A stretch of DNA of 64,000 nt from Tortispora ganteri (lineage: Eukaryota), in the NCBI GenBank assembly GCA_003707115.1, contig PPNB01000009.1, forward strand, positions 1 to 64,000, read 5' to 3'. Positions within the stretch are counted from its first letter, which is position 1. Every line of letters begins with the position of its first letter. The notes under the pieces were generated by a model, which saw only the letters and a program-made list of their open reading frames with translations, made no database searches and was not told where the DNA came from. The translations under genes were made by a program, and so were the position numbers. Of the stretch, positions 43,177-54,570 are shown one piece after another.

Positions 43177-43269
43177 GGCAACATGGCCGAGTGGTTAAGG
43201 CGAAAGACTCGAATCACTTTAGGGATCTTTTCTCCTCTGGAGTCGCAGGTTCGAATCCTGCTGTTGTCG
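43177..43269 (+). tRNA. tRNA-Ser(CGA) with an 11-nt intron (43214..43224)
   Basis: Acceptor GGCAACA/TGTTGTC+G, A box TGGCCGAGTGG, anticodon stem AAAGA/TCTTT with CT-CGA-A, long variable arm CTCC/GGAG, B box GGTTCGAATCC. Confidence 0.93.
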
Positions 43270-43270
43270 A

Positions 43271-43279
43271 TTTTTTTTT
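43271..43279 (+). terminator. Pol III terminator (T9)
   Basis: Oligo-dT immediately after the tRNA. Confidence 0.85.
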
Positions 43280-43589
43280 GGTCTGTTTCTTATTCGGTTG
43301 CTTTTTGTTTTTAGAGTGTATTGGATTTTATTTTACGCAATAAGTATCTGGTTACATGTGGACGGGAAATAGAAGCATATTGCAGGGAGATTGCTACTGT
43401 AGATAGGCATAACGCGTATTGCGATGGAAGCCAAAATAGAGGAGACTACAAATATCGATTCATTTATGTGAGCATTTATGATCGGTTTGTTAAAAAGTGA
43501 CAGCAATGGTATTATAAGCCGGCACCAAACGATACAGACAGGAAATGGATGGCGTTGAACTCATCATAATATTGGTTTGCAAGTGACAT

Positions 43590-44258
43590 TTAGAACTGGC
43601 CAGGAATGAACAGCAGCCTTTCAGGGTCACTTTCGGTGAGGACAACCATTCGAATAACGCCTCCAGAAGAGCCATCCCATTTCATAGCTTCTGATAAAGC
43701 ATTTTTCATGAAATCTATAGTTTCATCTTTAGTCATATTCGGTCTGAAGTGTTTATCACAATAGCCGTATATGAACGATGAACCTGATCCTGCAATTGCG
43801 TAGTCTTGTTTATGGACGCTACCACCTAGCGGTATAGCGTAAACTTCTCCACCGTTTCGTGGATGGTATCCCGCAACAATTATACCGGCGGTGAGCATGT
43901 CTTTGTTCTGGTAGCATATTTCTTGGAAGATGGCAGCGGCCTGCTGCGTAGTTGGCCGGCCGTTCATGACACTATAGTTAGCTAGATGGTACCTGACCAT
44001 ATCTGCAACTGCCTGTGTATCGGCTGCAGAACCAGATCTGCAGCACCAGATAGAGTCGTGCACCATTGTTAGTTTGTCAGAGACACGGTTCGCGATGTAG
44101 GCACCAGTAGTCGTTCTACTGTCTGCACCTAGGATGACGCCGCCGTTGAAAGTGACAGCCATGATAGAGGTGCCCAGATTGACTTCGCCCTTTTTTAATC
44201 TATTGATATCGACATTTATGCCGTTGAAATCTGTCATTGTGACTCCGTGACGGTACAT
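43590..44258 (-). CDS. PRE3: 20S proteasome beta1 subunit (alternative ATG 44237)
   Basis: Propeptide LKKGEVNLG|TSIMA, GADSRTTTG, RSGSAADTQ. Confidence 0.97.
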   Translation of the reverse strand: MYRHGVTMTDFNGINVDINRLKKGEVNLGTSIMAVTFNGGVILGADSRTTTGAYIANRVSDKLTMVHDSIWCCRSGSAADTQAVADMVRYHLANYSVMNGRPTTQQAAAIFQEICYQNKDMLTAGIIVAGYHPRNGGEVYAIPLGGSVHKQDYAIAGSGSSFIYGYCDKHFRPNMTKDETIDFMKNALSEAMKWDGSSGGVIRMVVLTESDPERLLFIPGQF

Positions 44259-44367
44259 TCTGCTTTAGTTTGGTGGTCCCGTGGCGTTGGTGTAGAAGGT
44301 AAGTTTGGCGAACCAGAGAGAGTTAAACCCGCACCACAACCACATCTTCCTTATCTCAAGTGCACTA

Positions 44368-45279
44368 ATGTCGTTCATCGCTACATTAACGAAGCTAGCT
44401 ATCTACGGCGCTGCATTTGTAGCCGTGACTTTATCGAGTAGTCTTGCTGTTTTATATTTGACGCAGAACTACATAATCTACATGAACAACTTCCCCAAAG
44501 ATGCGCGATCTACCGTTTCTCGTCCAAGCGTCTACGGCCTGCCATACGAAGACGTTGTTTTTGTAACAGAGGACAAAATCGCAATCTTCTCATATTTTAT
44601 ATACAATCCAAAATCTCCCTCTTCTCACACTGTCGTTATGTGTCATGGCAATGCTGGAAATATGGGTACCCGTATACCGCTGGCTAGTCAGTTCTACGAG
44701 ATGGGTTATAACGTGGTACTTTGGTCATATCGCGGATATGGCGCCAACACCGGCCGACCGAGCGAGAAAGGTATAAAGTTGGACGTTGCTGCCCTTCTTG
44801 CGGCTTTGAAAGAGCATCAGGTACTGTCGAAGACGCAATTCATCCTTTACGGCCAGAGCATTGGCGGGGCCGTCGCATGCTACATGGCCTCAGTTGAGCC
44901 TAACATGTTCCGCGCCATTGTCCTTGAAAACACCTTTTTGTCCATACAAGACATGATCCCCGCTACGTTCCCGTTGTTGTCAAGATTCTCGTACCTATGC
45001 CACGAGAAGTGGAATTCTAAGGCGCTTGTCCCGTCCTTCAAGATTCCTGCACTATTCTTAGCCGGTATGAAAGACGAAATTGTGCCTCCCGACCAAACCC
45101 GTGCATTATTCGATTTATGCGGTTCCCCCTACAAGTCCTTCTACGGGTTCCCGGGATTTGGCCACAACGATACCTGCACGAGCGATGACTACTGGGAAAA
45201 GATCGATAAGTTCCTCAAGGAATCCCTTTCGCTGCCATCTGACGGGCCCAACGAAAAGACGGCAGCTATTGCTGCCTAG
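44368..45279 (+). CDS. Bem46/ABHD13 alpha/beta hydrolase
   Basis: HGNAGNMG, YRGYG, GQSIGG nucleophile, ENTF, HNDT. Confidence 0.92.
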   Translation: MSFIATLTKLAIYGAAFVAVTLSSSLAVLYLTQNYIIYMNNFPKDARSTVSRPSVYGLPYEDVVFVTEDKIAIFSYFIYNPKSPSSHTVVMCHGNAGNMGTRIPLASQFYEMGYNVVLWSYRGYGANTGRPSEKGIKLDVAALLAALKEHQVLSKTQFILYGQSIGGAVACYMASVEPNMFRAIVLENTFLSIQDMIPATFPLLSRFSYLCHEKWNSKALVPSFKIPALFLAGMKDEIVPPDQTRALFDLCGSPYKSFYGFPGFGHNDTCTSDDYWEKIDKFLKESLSLPSDGPNEKTAAIAA

Positions 45280-45418
45280 ATGGAGATTGTCACTTATTTA
45301 CTTGTTTCATGGACTTTATTTGACGTACATAATGATGCCTCTGCACTACGCATCACTACTGCCCATGCACGTCTCTTCGAGTCGTCTTCCCAACTTAGAT
45401 TTTCATTGCGCACCCAAA

Positions 45419-48169
45419 ATGCCTTCAATCGAACAGGACCACGATCCTCCTTCTGCAAACGCTACTGCTTCGAATAAAGGTGGCAAAAATAAACAGAGGA
45501 AATCTCAAAATGACGCTAAACGGAATAAATTACGCAAAAAGCAGTTCGGCTCTAAACTATCCTCAGCCAAAGATGCCTCAAAGGGTTCTTCAAATATCAA
45601 AGTCGGGGATCTAGACGCAGACTTGTCCTACATTAAGTCATTTGGAGTTACCGACGATAACATTATTATTAATATCATTAGAGATATCGCTAATAGCGAT
45701 TATGACTGCTTGATATGCTATGATTCCGTAACTCCTCGGTCTAAAGTGTGGGCATGCGACGTTTGTTCTCATGTATTTCATCTTTCTTGTGTACAAAAGT
45801 GGGCATCGAAAACCATCCAAAACAACTCTACCGCTAATAATACTGCATCGAAATGGCGCTGTCCTGGCTGTCAGACAGTTCGTGAGTCTGTACCAAAGCT
45901 ATACAAATGCTGGTGTGGAAAAGTTACCTCTCCACACGTCAAATCTAGCGCCATACCGCACAGCTGCAGCAAGCCATGTGGAGTCAAACATACTGAATGT
46001 AACCATGAATGCCATATTATTTGTCACCCGGGTCCGCACCCTCCCTGCCAGGAAACAGGCATCACTACGCGGTGTTTCTGTGGCAAACGGGCAAAGCAAG
46101 ACCGCTGTGCTGACATAGATTATAGCGGCTGGTCGTGCGAAGAAATATGCAACGAAACAATGCCTTGCGGAATTCATGTGTGTCAGAAAACTTGCCATTC
46201 TGGTTTGTGTGGACCGTGTCAGTCGATAATTGACCTGTTCTGCTACTGCGGAAAGGAAGTTTACCAACGCAAATGTTCTGAGCGGGTCGAATTCAAACGA
46301 AGCGTTGTGCAACTAGGCGCAGAGGTCCGCGTATGGGACGGAGCTGTACAGTGTCATCATATATGCAATAGGCCGTACGATTGTGGTGTCCATTTCTGCC
46401 CGAAGCCTTGCCACCCACAGACTATGCGCGCCTCGCATTGCCCCTTCAGCCCAGACGTAGCCACTACATGCCCCTGTAAGAAGAGAAAAGTTTCGGAAAT
46501 TCTAGGCCGAGAGCGCGAATCATGTTCTGAACCTATCCCGACATGCGGCCAGCAATGCGAAAAGCCTTTACTTTGCGGTCATACATGTGAACTCAGTTGC
46601 CACGAAGGACCTTGCAGTCCATGTGAGAAATCAGTGTGGAAAGAATGTGTATGCGGTTACTCGTCTGTTGAAGTTATATGTGGCCAAATGCCTGTGGGCA
46701 TTAAACCGACTTGCCAGAGAGTCTGCCAGGCTCTGCTTAATTGTCAAACACATAAATGCGGCCAGACCTGCTGCAGTGGTGAAAGACACTGGGCCAAACG
46801 CACGGCTTCGAGGCGACGCCGTGGCTTTAATAGCGATGCAGCGAGTATTGAACCTGAGCACATATGTACGCGAGTGTGCGATAAGCTCTTACCGTGCGGG
46901 AATCATCGCTGTACCAATATCTGCCACAGAGGGCCTTGTCCGCCTTGTTTGGAGGCTATTTTTGAGGAAATTGAATGCAACTGCGGGCGCACGCGGTTGA
47001 TGCCCCCTCAACCTTGTGGCACAAAACCTCCACACTGTAATTACAATTGCCAGAGACGTCCACCATGTGGGCACCCGCCTGTTCCTCATAACTGTCATTT
47101 AGAAGACGAGCAATGTCCGCCGTGTCCGCACCTGGTCACGAAGAGATGTCTTTGCGGGAAAGCTATGGTCAAAAATCAGGCTTGCTCGAAAACGAGAGTC
47201 TTCTGTGGCGTGGTGTGCGGCAAACCTCTGCCTTGTGGGTTACATAAATGCACAGCCGTATGTCACGAAGCCGGGGAATGCCCACCGTGTACTAATGCCT
47301 GTGGAAAACTACGTCCATGTGGACATAAGGACATGACGCGATGTCATGCGCCATTCGAATGTAATACTCGTATCCCATGTCGGTCACAAATGAAGACGAG
47401 TTGCGAATGTGGAGAGAAAACTGCGGTGGTTCAATGCAACAGCACGAAAGACGATCCTTATCCGAATCATATACTGAAATGCGATGAGGAATGTCTTAAA
47501 TTACAACGAGACAGACGATTAGCTCAGGCACTGAATGTGAATTTCGCTCAAAGAAATGATTCACACAGCTCGATCTCTGTGAGATCTCCATTTTCTGAAT
47601 ACCTCTTAGATTACTACAGTGAAGGCAAATCAGAGAGAAGTTTCTGCGATGGAGTTGAAAACACCATGACAGAGTTTGTTTCTCGCTCTTCAGCAAAACA
47701 TTACTCGTTCCCTGCGATGCCTCAACAAAGTCGCAGAATAGTGCACGAGTTTGCTAGCGCATTTGGATGTGACAGTATTGCCCATGATCCAGAGCCCAAA
47801 AGGAATATAGTCGTCTATAAAACGCTGACTACAAGAACTCCGCCCGTCAAGTTACGTGATGTATGGCTAGATCAGGCAAAGAAAAGCAGCGCTGAGCAGC
47901 CGGCGTCCATCACTGCTACACCAAAGAGATCGATGCAGGCTGCTGATGCGACTGAGTGGGATGCTGATTTCTGTTGGGACACAGACGATGACAACGAAGA
48001 TTCTGCGGTTCTGTCGTTAATTGAGAAAACAGCGAAATTTGTGACGCTGAGTGTCGAAATGGGTATCGATCGAGACGTATTAAGAAGCGTATGCAAGAAC
48101 CATGGGTTTGTGTGGATAGAGACTATAGGGAGCCCGGAGATCACAATTTACAGGATAGAGGAGCCATAG
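45419..48169 (+). CDS. FAP1: NF-X1-type zinc finger protein with RING and R3H domains
   Basis: RING CLIC...HLSC...WRCPGC, repeated CHxGPC NF-X1 fingers, R3H FPAM...RRIVHE...DPEPKR. Start uncertain (in-frame ATGs 45332-45419). Confidence 0.9.
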   Translation: MPSIEQDHDPPSANATASNKGGKNKQRKSQNDAKRNKLRKKQFGSKLSSAKDASKGSSNIKVGDLDADLSYIKSFGVTDDNIIINIIRDIANSDYDCLICYDSVTPRSKVWACDVCSHVFHLSCVQKWASKTIQNNSTANNTASKWRCPGCQTVRESVPKLYKCWCGKVTSPHVKSSAIPHSCSKPCGVKHTECNHECHIICHPGPHPPCQETGITTRCFCGKRAKQDRCADIDYSGWSCEEICNETMPCGIHVCQKTCHSGLCGPCQSIIDLFCYCGKEVYQRKCSERVEFKRSVVQLGAEVRVWDGAVQCHHICNRPYDCGVHFCPKPCHPQTMRASHCPFSPDVATTCPCKKRKVSEILGRERESCSEPIPTCGQQCEKPLLCGHTCELSCHEGPCSPCEKSVWKECVCGYSSVEVICGQMPVGIKPTCQRVCQALLNCQTHKCGQTCCSGERHWAKRTASRRRRGFNSDAASIEPEHICTRVCDKLLPCGNHRCTNICHRGPCPPCLEAIFEEIECNCGRTRLMPPQPCGTKPPHCNYNCQRRPPCGHPPVPHNCHLEDEQCPPCPHLVTKRCLCGKAMVKNQACSKTRVFCGVVCGKPLPCGLHKCTAVCHEAGECPPCTNACGKLRPCGHKDMTRCHAPFECNTRIPCRSQMKTSCECGEKTAVVQCNSTKDDPYPNHILKCDEECLKLQRDRRLAQALNVNFAQRNDSHSSISVRSPFSEYLLDYYSEGKSERSFCDGVENTMTEFVSRSSAKHYSFPAMPQQSRRIVHEFASAFGCDSIAHDPEPKRNIVVYKTLTTRTPPVKLRDVWLDQAKKSSAEQPASITATPKRSMQAADATEWDADFCWDTDDDNEDSAVLSLIEKTAKFVTLSVEMGIDRDVLRSVCKNHGFVWIETIGSPEITIYRIEEP

Positions 48170-48318
48170 AAGATGATATATTAGAGGATTATGAAAAATT
48201 TACGCTGATAGACATATAATGTATATATAGCACTTACCCAGCCATAAATATTAGTCAAATAATAAATAATAATAAAATCGAGAATGAATAGTAACACGGC
48301 TAATAAAGTTTTAATAAG

Positions 48319-48340
48319 TAGGGCAGAAAGCAGTCACGCA
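48319..48340 (+). promoter_or_regulatory. RP-gene promoter: TAGGGCAG plus Homol-D-like CAGTCACGCA
   Basis: Same motifs as the RPP1 promoter at a similar distance from the ATG. Confidence 0.7.
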
Positions 48341-48418
48341 TTGGGAGGTAAGGCGACTCACTATAACTACATCGGGGTAGTCTTGTACGTGAAACAAGTC
48401 AGCAACAGCCACAACGAT

Positions 48419-49033
48419 ATGGGTGCCTACAAATACCTTCAAGAGCTTCAACGCAAGAAACAAAGCGATGTTATGCGCTTTCTTTTACGTATTCGATGCT
48501 GGGAGTATCGTCAGTTGAATGTGATTCACCGTGCTTCTCGTCCTTCTCGTCCTGATAAAGCTCGCAGACTCGGTTACAAGGCCAAACAAGGATATGTTAT
48601 CTACCGTGTTCGTGTCCGCCGTGGAGACCGCAAGAAACCTGTTTCCAAGGGTGCTACCTACGGTAAACCCACTAACCATGGTGTTAACGCTATGAAGTAC
48701 CAACGATCTACCCGTGTTACTGCTGAAGAGCGTGTCGGTCGCCGATGCTCTAACTTGCGTGTATTGAATTCATACTGGGTCAACCAAGACGCTACTTACA
48801 AATACTACGAAGTCATCCTTGTCGATCCTAACCACAAGGCTATTCGCCGCGATGCACGCATCAACTGGATTGCTAACGCTGTTCACAAACACCGTGAAAA
48901 CCGTGGACTTACCTCTGCTGGTAAGAAGAGCCGTGGTATCAGACGTGGTCATCTGTACAACAAGACTTCTGCTGGTCGTCGCAAGACTTGGAAGCGTCAC
49001 AATACCTTGAAATTGTGGCGTTACAGAAAATAA
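48419..49033 (+). CDS. RPL15: 60S ribosomal protein eL15
   Basis: MGAYKY...[30 protein letters not shown]. Confidence 0.98.
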   Translation: MGAYKYLQELQRKKQSDVMRFLLRIRCWEYRQLNVIHRASRPSRPDKARRLGYKAKQGYVIYRVRVRRGDRKKPVSKGATYGKPTNHGVNAMKYQRSTRVTAEERVGRRCSNLRVLNSYWVNQDATYKYYEVILVDPNHKAIRRDARINWIANAVHKHRENRGLTSAGKKSRGIRRGHLYNKTSAGRRKTWKRHNTLKLWRYRK

Positions 49034-49172
49034 ATTATGAACTAATCTGTAGCTATGTGCAGTTTATGATTATACTTGAAAGCAATTTAGTGGAAGACAC
49101 TACGCAAGACATACTGTAGACTGTATTATTTATTTGCCTTAAGGGGGAAAACGTTAATGATTACCTGTAAAG

Positions 49173-49952
49173 CTAGTCGTCTTTCATTTCCGCGTCCTCT
49201 TGTTGGTTATCTTCATCATCATCGTCGTCTTCGTCGTCGTCCTGGGCGAGACGCTCAGCTTCAGCGAGGAGATCAGAAGGTATTTGCTGCTGGCCATCTT
49301 TGGTCACCCATATCATCTCTAACTCGAAGTCTTTTTCTTTAGATTCTTCATGGGCGAGGTATATGATTCTCGCGGCAGCTTTGACTGCATCTTCGAGCGA
49401 GATGTCGGGTAGTGAGAGTTTTTCAAGCTGAACGCGCGCCGTCTGTCTTCCTCGACCTGCGGCGGCGCCACGATAGCCCCAATAAGCACCGGAAGGCTCA
49501 ATCATGTAGAGGTGCGGGCCAGTTTCGTCGAATCCGGCGACTAGTGCAGATATACCAAATGGTCTCACAGAGTTATACAAGGTGTGTGCCTGTACGTACG
49601 AACCCAGACGGTCGGCGAGCGAGGGGATGGGTACGGGGGACTTGTAGAGATCGATCCATTGCTTTGCTTCGGCGCGCGCGTGGGAGACTAAGTGGCGGCC
49701 GTCCGCAACAATACCGGCGTATGTACATGCACAATGCTTTCCAATTGCCTGGATGCGGCGGTTAGCATTTGGCTTCATGAGCTTGGACTGTTGTATCTTC
49801 TCGACGGCAAGTACGACGCCATCGTTGCACTTTATACCGATGGCGGTGGAACCGTTCTCTACAGCCTTCGCTGCATATTCTACCTGGAAGTTTCTACCGT
49901 CTGGTGAAAATACCGAGTTTGACAGGTCATAGCCTGTTCCTATCGACGCCAT
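49173..49952 (-). CDS. PRE10: 20S proteasome alpha7 subunit
   Basis: SIGTGYDLSNSVFSPDGRNFQVEYA, acidic tail. Confidence 0.97.
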   Translation of the reverse strand: MASIGTGYDLSNSVFSPDGRNFQVEYAAKAVENGSTAIGIKCNDGVVLAVEKIQQSKLMKPNANRRIQAIGKHCACTYAGIVADGRHLVSHARAEAKQWIDLYKSPVPIPSLADRLGSYVQAHTLYNSVRPFGISALVAGFDETGPHLYMIEPSGAYWGYRGAAAGRGRQTARVQLEKLSLPDISLEDAVKAAARIIYLAHEESKEKDFELEMIWVTKDGQQQIPSDLLAEAERLAQDDDEDDDDDEDNQQEDAEMKDD

Positions 49953-50474
49953 TGCAAAGGTCGAAAAGCTAGCAGAAGTTGCGGGATTACTGTAGGAGAA
50001 AGGAGGGAAATGTGTGGGAAAGTGGTCAACTCTTCACTCTAGCTGAACGGTTGCTATGTGGGAATCACGAAAACTACTGTAAAATCTCTACTTTGACTTA
50101 TTGGAAAATTGGCTATTGTAATATATCTACAATCATTGCACTCCTAACACTCGTAAGACAATTAGCATTGCACCCAAGATTATAGCATACTTATTCTACC
50201 TTTCTAGCCGGACAAGAATGAGCCTGGTGGAAGCAGACGGCACCTTGATATCGTTAAGAACTAGACAAAGGATTTAAATTTGCGTTGTTAAGGAGTGAAA
50301 AACTGCTTCTGACGTCTTTTTATATTAGAGCACTACTACAGTGAACTCTAAATGTATTAGCCTTTTTTTTGATCGTAATTTTTCCCCCTTCCTGCTGAAA
50401 AGACAATCTTTGCGTTTTCTCCTCCTACTGCTATAGTCTGCAGCTGTTGCCTTGAACACTTTATCCTTTGAATA

Positions 50475-52268
50475 ATGACTGAACACGTACCTACTGCAAT
50501 TGTCTCTGTATACGACAAAACCGGTCTTTTGGACCTCGCTAAGGGTCTTACCTCGCACGGAATCCGCATCCTCGCTAGCGGCGGCACCTCCAAGATGATC
50601 AGAGAGGCAGGTTTCCCTGTCGAAGACGTCAGCACCATTACTCATGCCCCTGAAATGCTTTCTGGTCGCGTCAAGACTCTCCACCCGGCTGTCCACGCAG
50701 GTATACTTGCTAGAGATATCCAATCTGACGAAAAGGATCTTATCGAACAGGGCATCGAGAAAGTCGACTACGTCGTCTGCAACCTATACCCTTTCAAGGA
50801 AACCATTTCGAAGATCAATGTTACTATTGAGGAAGCTGTAGAGGAAATTGATATTGGTGGTGTAACCCTTCTGCGCGCCGCTGCCAAGAACCACTCTCGT
50901 GTCACAATCCTATCTGACCCTGAAGATTACCCTGGCTTTTTGCAGCAACTGGAAGTAAATGGCTCAATCTCCGGCAGCGCTCGCAACATATACGCTCTCA
51001 AGGCCTTTGAGCATACCGCAGCCTATGACTCCGCTATCTCTGACTTTTTCCGTCGCAGATACGCGGAAAACACTCAGATGCTCAAACTTCGCTACGGCGC
51101 AAACCCTCACCAGAAACCCGCTCAAGCTTACGTCAACACCGGATCTTTGCCTTTCCGCGTACTAAACGGCTCCCCTGGTTACATAAACTTGCTTGATGCC
51201 CTCAATTCTTGGCCTCTTGTTCGTGAACTGTCACGCTCTTTGAACCTCCCTGCTGCTGCTAGCTTCAAACACGTTTCCCCTGCAGGTGCCGCTGTTGGTC
51301 TCCCTCTTTCCGACATTGAACGAAAAATCTACTTTGTCGAAGACATCGAGAACCTCTCTCCATTAGCCTGTGCTTATGCTCGTGCCCGTGGCGCTGACCG
51401 CATGTCTTCCTTTGGCGATTTCATTGCTCTTTCCGAGAAAGTCGACCTTCCTACCGCTCAGATAATCTCCAAGGAGGTTTCGGACGGTATCATTGCGCCT
51501 GACTACTCCAGCGCGGCTCTTGAGTTGCTCTCTAAGAAGAAGGGCGGAAAATACTGCGTTCTGCAAATTGACGCTGACTACACTCCTGAAGGCACTGAAA
51601 CTCGTGAAGTTTTCGGTGTTTCTCTGCAACAGAAACACAACGATGCCAAATACTCTCCAAACACCTCATTCACCGACATAGTTGTTCCTAGGGACACTTC
51701 AAAGAAAATTGAACTGCCTCTTCAGGCCCGTATTGATTTGACTGTTGCTGCTATTGCACTCAAGTATACTCAGAGCAATTCGGTCTGTTACGCCAAAAAC
51801 GGTATGGTCATTGGTCTCGGCGCTGGCCAGCAGTCTCGCATTCACTGCACGCGCTTGGCAGGAGACAAGGCTGATAACTGGTGGTTTCGCCAACACCCGA
51901 AAGTACTCGGATTCAAGTGGGCTAAGGGCACTAAACGCCCAGACAAGAGTAATGCCATCGACTTGTTCGTTTCCGGCCAAGTTCCCACCGAAGGACCTGA
52001 ACTTGAAGATTTCAACAGCAAGTTTGCTGAAGTACCTGAGCCTTTCACTACGGAAGAACGCAAAGAATGGCTCAGCAAATTCACCGATGTTTGCGTCGCT
52101 TCTGATGCCTTCTTCCCCTTCTCAGATAACGTTTACCGCGCTGCTAAATCAGGAGCGAAGTACATATTTGCTGCTTCTGGAAGTGTTCAAGACGAAGCTG
52201 TCTTTGCTGCTGCCGAGTCGCTAGGAATCACCTACGTCATTAATCCGTTCCGTTTGTTCCACCACTGA
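50475..52268 (+). CDS. ADE17: Bifunctional AICAR transformylase / IMP cyclohydrolase (ADE16/ADE17)
   Basis: [32 protein letters not shown], terminal RLFHH. Confidence 0.97.
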   Translation: MTEHVPTAIVSVYDKTGLLDLAKGLTSHGIRILASGGTSKMIREAGFPVEDVSTITHAPEMLSGRVKTLHPAVHAGILARDIQSDEKDLIEQGIEKVDYVVCNLYPFKETISKINVTIEEAVEEIDIGGVTLLRAAAKNHSRVTILSDPEDYPGFLQQLEVNGSISGSARNIYALKAFEHTAAYDSAISDFFRRRYAENTQMLKLRYGANPHQKPAQAYVNTGSLPFRVLNGSPGYINLLDALNSWPLVRELSRSLNLPAAASFKHVSPAGAAVGLPLSDIERKIYFVEDIENLSPLACAYARARGADRMSSFGDFIALSEKVDLPTAQIISKEVSDGIIAPDYSSAALELLSKKKGGKYCVLQIDADYTPEGTETREVFGVSLQQKHNDAKYSPNTSFTDIVVPRDTSKKIELPLQARIDLTVAAIALKYTQSNSVCYAKNGMVIGLGAGQQSRIHCTRLAGDKADNWWFRQHPKVLGFKWAKGTKRPDKSNAIDLFVSGQVPTEGPELEDFNSKFAEVPEPFTTEERKEWLSKFTDVCVASDAFFPFSDNVYRAAKSGAKYIFAASGSVQDEAVFAAAESLGITYVINPFRLFHH

Positions 52269-52487
52269 AAATGGACATTTTACTGTTTACACTACTATAC
52301 TTTGTATCTTTTTTGTCTATATTATATAATGATTGATTATTAAGTAAACTAACGTGATAGCAGTGCTAGCATGTTGAATTTCTAAAAGGTACAGGAGACG
52401 TAACAGATGCAAGTGCTGTAATCCAGAGTCGATCACGTAAACGCAGTTGATAAAGAAGCACGTGGATAGCGAGCGCCTGGGACGCGA

Positions 52488-53144
52488 CTAGACAGCCTCG
52501 TCTGCAAAGGCGCTCTCAATGGGTTTATCCATGATCGCAGCATGCCCTAGGATGGATACGCCAGAGGCACCGATTAGCCACATGATAGTAGAGATTGGAG
52601 AGGCAAACAGGGTGAGTGGAACAACAACGACAAGTAGACCGGTGTACAACTGCGAGGTGGTGAGTTGTGCGAAGCCGAGATTGAGGTCGCCGCCGCCAAG
52701 CATGCTGATGCCGTACGCGCCACCGAGGCCAAGAACAATAACAAACAAAAGCAAAGGGTTGGTGAGTAAAGAGTAGACACTCAACATAGCAAAAAGGACC
52801 AAATAGTTGGTGCTGAAGTACGATAAGTTGTAAGACCATCGAGACTGTATTTCCCCGAACCCAGAGGGTTTCGACATGCGTTTGACATCGAAGAAATCCT
52901 GCGGAGGTTTAAGGTTACCTAATCTGCTTTGTAGCGATTGTGTCTCCGACTAAAGATGTGCGTTAGTTACCGTTCAGTGAATGTCGAGCGGCACAGGGGG
53001 CGTTTGCGACTAAGTATACTTACTCTGATGCGGTCCATGTTAAGTCGTTCGGAGAGTCCCGATAACATCTGCCTTTGTTAGTAAAATGCTTTGGAAAAAG
53101 GCTGCAACGCGTGTACTTACTTGAATAGCTTGGGCACGAGACAT
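52488..53144 (-). CDS. YIP3: PRA1-family Rab acceptor, spliced complement(join(52488..52949,53024..53068,53121..53144)), 176 aa
   Basis: Two GTAAGT introns (53069..53120 with TACTAAC and CAG; 52950..53023 with AACTAAC and TAG). The spliced frame reads continuously into NLKPPQDFFDVKRMSKP...YNLSYFSTNY. Confidence 0.9.
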
Positions 53145-53424
53145 CAGTTTTATATTTGCAGTTCGAAGCAACTGTTTTAAAAAGAGAAAAAAAGAGCACG
53201 AGGGTCGTAGGCGTGAAAGAAAAAGAGACAATTACGTGTGTAACGAGGTGTACTTGATTATATTAAAACCCTCGACCCTGTCCATTTTGGAAGCAGGAAG
53301 CACGCAGATCTGAGCAAGTATAGCAGCCACTGGATGTGGGCTGGCTCAGCAGGTGCAGGACTGGCCTGAAATATACAGCTATGTAAAAATTAAATTAAAG
53401 ATCAGTCAGGACCACATAAAGCTA

Positions 53425-54570
53425 TTATTCTTCATCATCATCGTGGCCATGATCAAACAGGTAGTTGGCAGCGGCCTGCTCGTCTTTGTCGCACACCAAG
53501 AAAGCCTGTATGGCTACTTGTCTGTCGAAACCGAGACCGCAAAGACGTTCAATAGCGGCATTCTCTTCCGCAGTGATGGTGATCTGAGTGGTACCTGGTG
53601 GCAGTGCAGACTCTTCGCCGCCCTCACCGGCAAAAAATTGCAAGAAAGTTTCCGGGTTTGCGGCGATCATCTGGGCCAGCTCTGGTTGTTCGCGCGCAAG
53701 CGTCTGGAGCAGGTGCTGGAGCATCGAGGGGTCCTGTCTGATCATTTCACGCAATTGCATCATGTAGTTTTGCATTGATGAGTTCACGCCGCCGTTACCA
53801 TCACCATCTATATCATCTGATTCTGCTGCCTGCAAAGCGGCTGCGAGCATGTTTGATTCAGCAGCGTGTTCTCCACCCTGGGCTACAGGCGTCTGTCCGA
53901 CTGTCTCTGCGCCGACGTCACCAGTGGCGCCGAGCACAGCACCCAGACCAGCAGTTCCAGCGCCGCCAGTAGCTGTCCGTTCTGTGGCCACAGAATCAGG
54001 AAGTCCAGTGAGCAGGTACTCGACTGCACGGTCAGGGTTATTAAACGCCGCCCGCATGGCTCGCTCCACTTCGTCTTTAGGGTAGCCCATTTCCATCATT
54101 GACTCGATCGCTTTAGTGCGCGCTGAGCCGGTAGAGAATGCCGACGGGTCATTAAATGATGGCCGAGCGGGAGCGTCAGTGTTAGCCGGGACGGACGGGT
54201 TTGCAGGCGTGATTGGCGTGGGGGGCGCAACATGAGTCGATGTGGTGGCAGTGCCAGCGGCAGCGGTGGCAGACGCAGCAGAAGCAGCCGGACCTGGACC
54301 AGATGCGGCCTTTGCAGGTTCAGATTTAGCAGTTGACTGTTGTGGTTTCATTTTGGTGACCATGCAGACGACGAATCCAGTTTCCTGGATTTTATATGAG
54401 GCAACAGACTTCGAATCATCGAGAATCTTACCTGAGTATATAAGTTTGAGCGAAGAGAGGTCCCATCCCTTATCTTCGCATATTGTTTTCCGAAGATCAT
54501 TTACGGATGCATCATCAGCGATTTCGACTGTCCATTTAGTCTGTTTGAGGTCTCTTAAAGCGACTTTCAT
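53425..54570 (-). CDS. RAD23: UBL-UBA ubiquitin receptor / NER protein
   Basis: UBL KLIYSGKIL, UBA MGY...RAAFNNPDRAVEYL, second UBA at the C-terminus. Confidence 0.96.
   Translation of the reverse strand: MKVALRDLKQTKWTVEIADDASVNDLRKTICEDKGWDLSSLKLIYSGKILDDSKSVASYKIQETGFVVCMVTKMKPQQSTAKSEPAKAASGPGPAASAASATAAAGTATTSTHVAPPTPITPANPSVPANTDAPARPSFNDPSAFSTGSARTKAIESMMEMGYPKDEVERAMRAAFNNPDRAVEYLLTGLPDSVATERTATGGAGTAGLGAVLGATGDVGAETVGQTPVAQGGEHAAESNMLAAALQAAESDDIDGDGNGGVNSSMQNYMMQLREMIRQDPSMLQHLLQTLAREQPELAQMIAANPETFLQFFAGEGGEESALPPGTTQITITAEENAAIERLCGLGFDRQVAIQAFLVCDKDEQAAANYLFDHGHDDDEE

Noticed and set aside
43152..43343. 63-aa ORF
   Set aside because: Overlies the tRNA-Ser gene
45080..45418. FAP1 ORF overlapping Bem46
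   Set aside because: Starts at GTG with no conserved content; a downstream ATG is more plausible
48284..48418. 45-aa N-terminal extension of RPL15
   Set aside because: eL15 starts at MGAY and this region holds the promoter motifs
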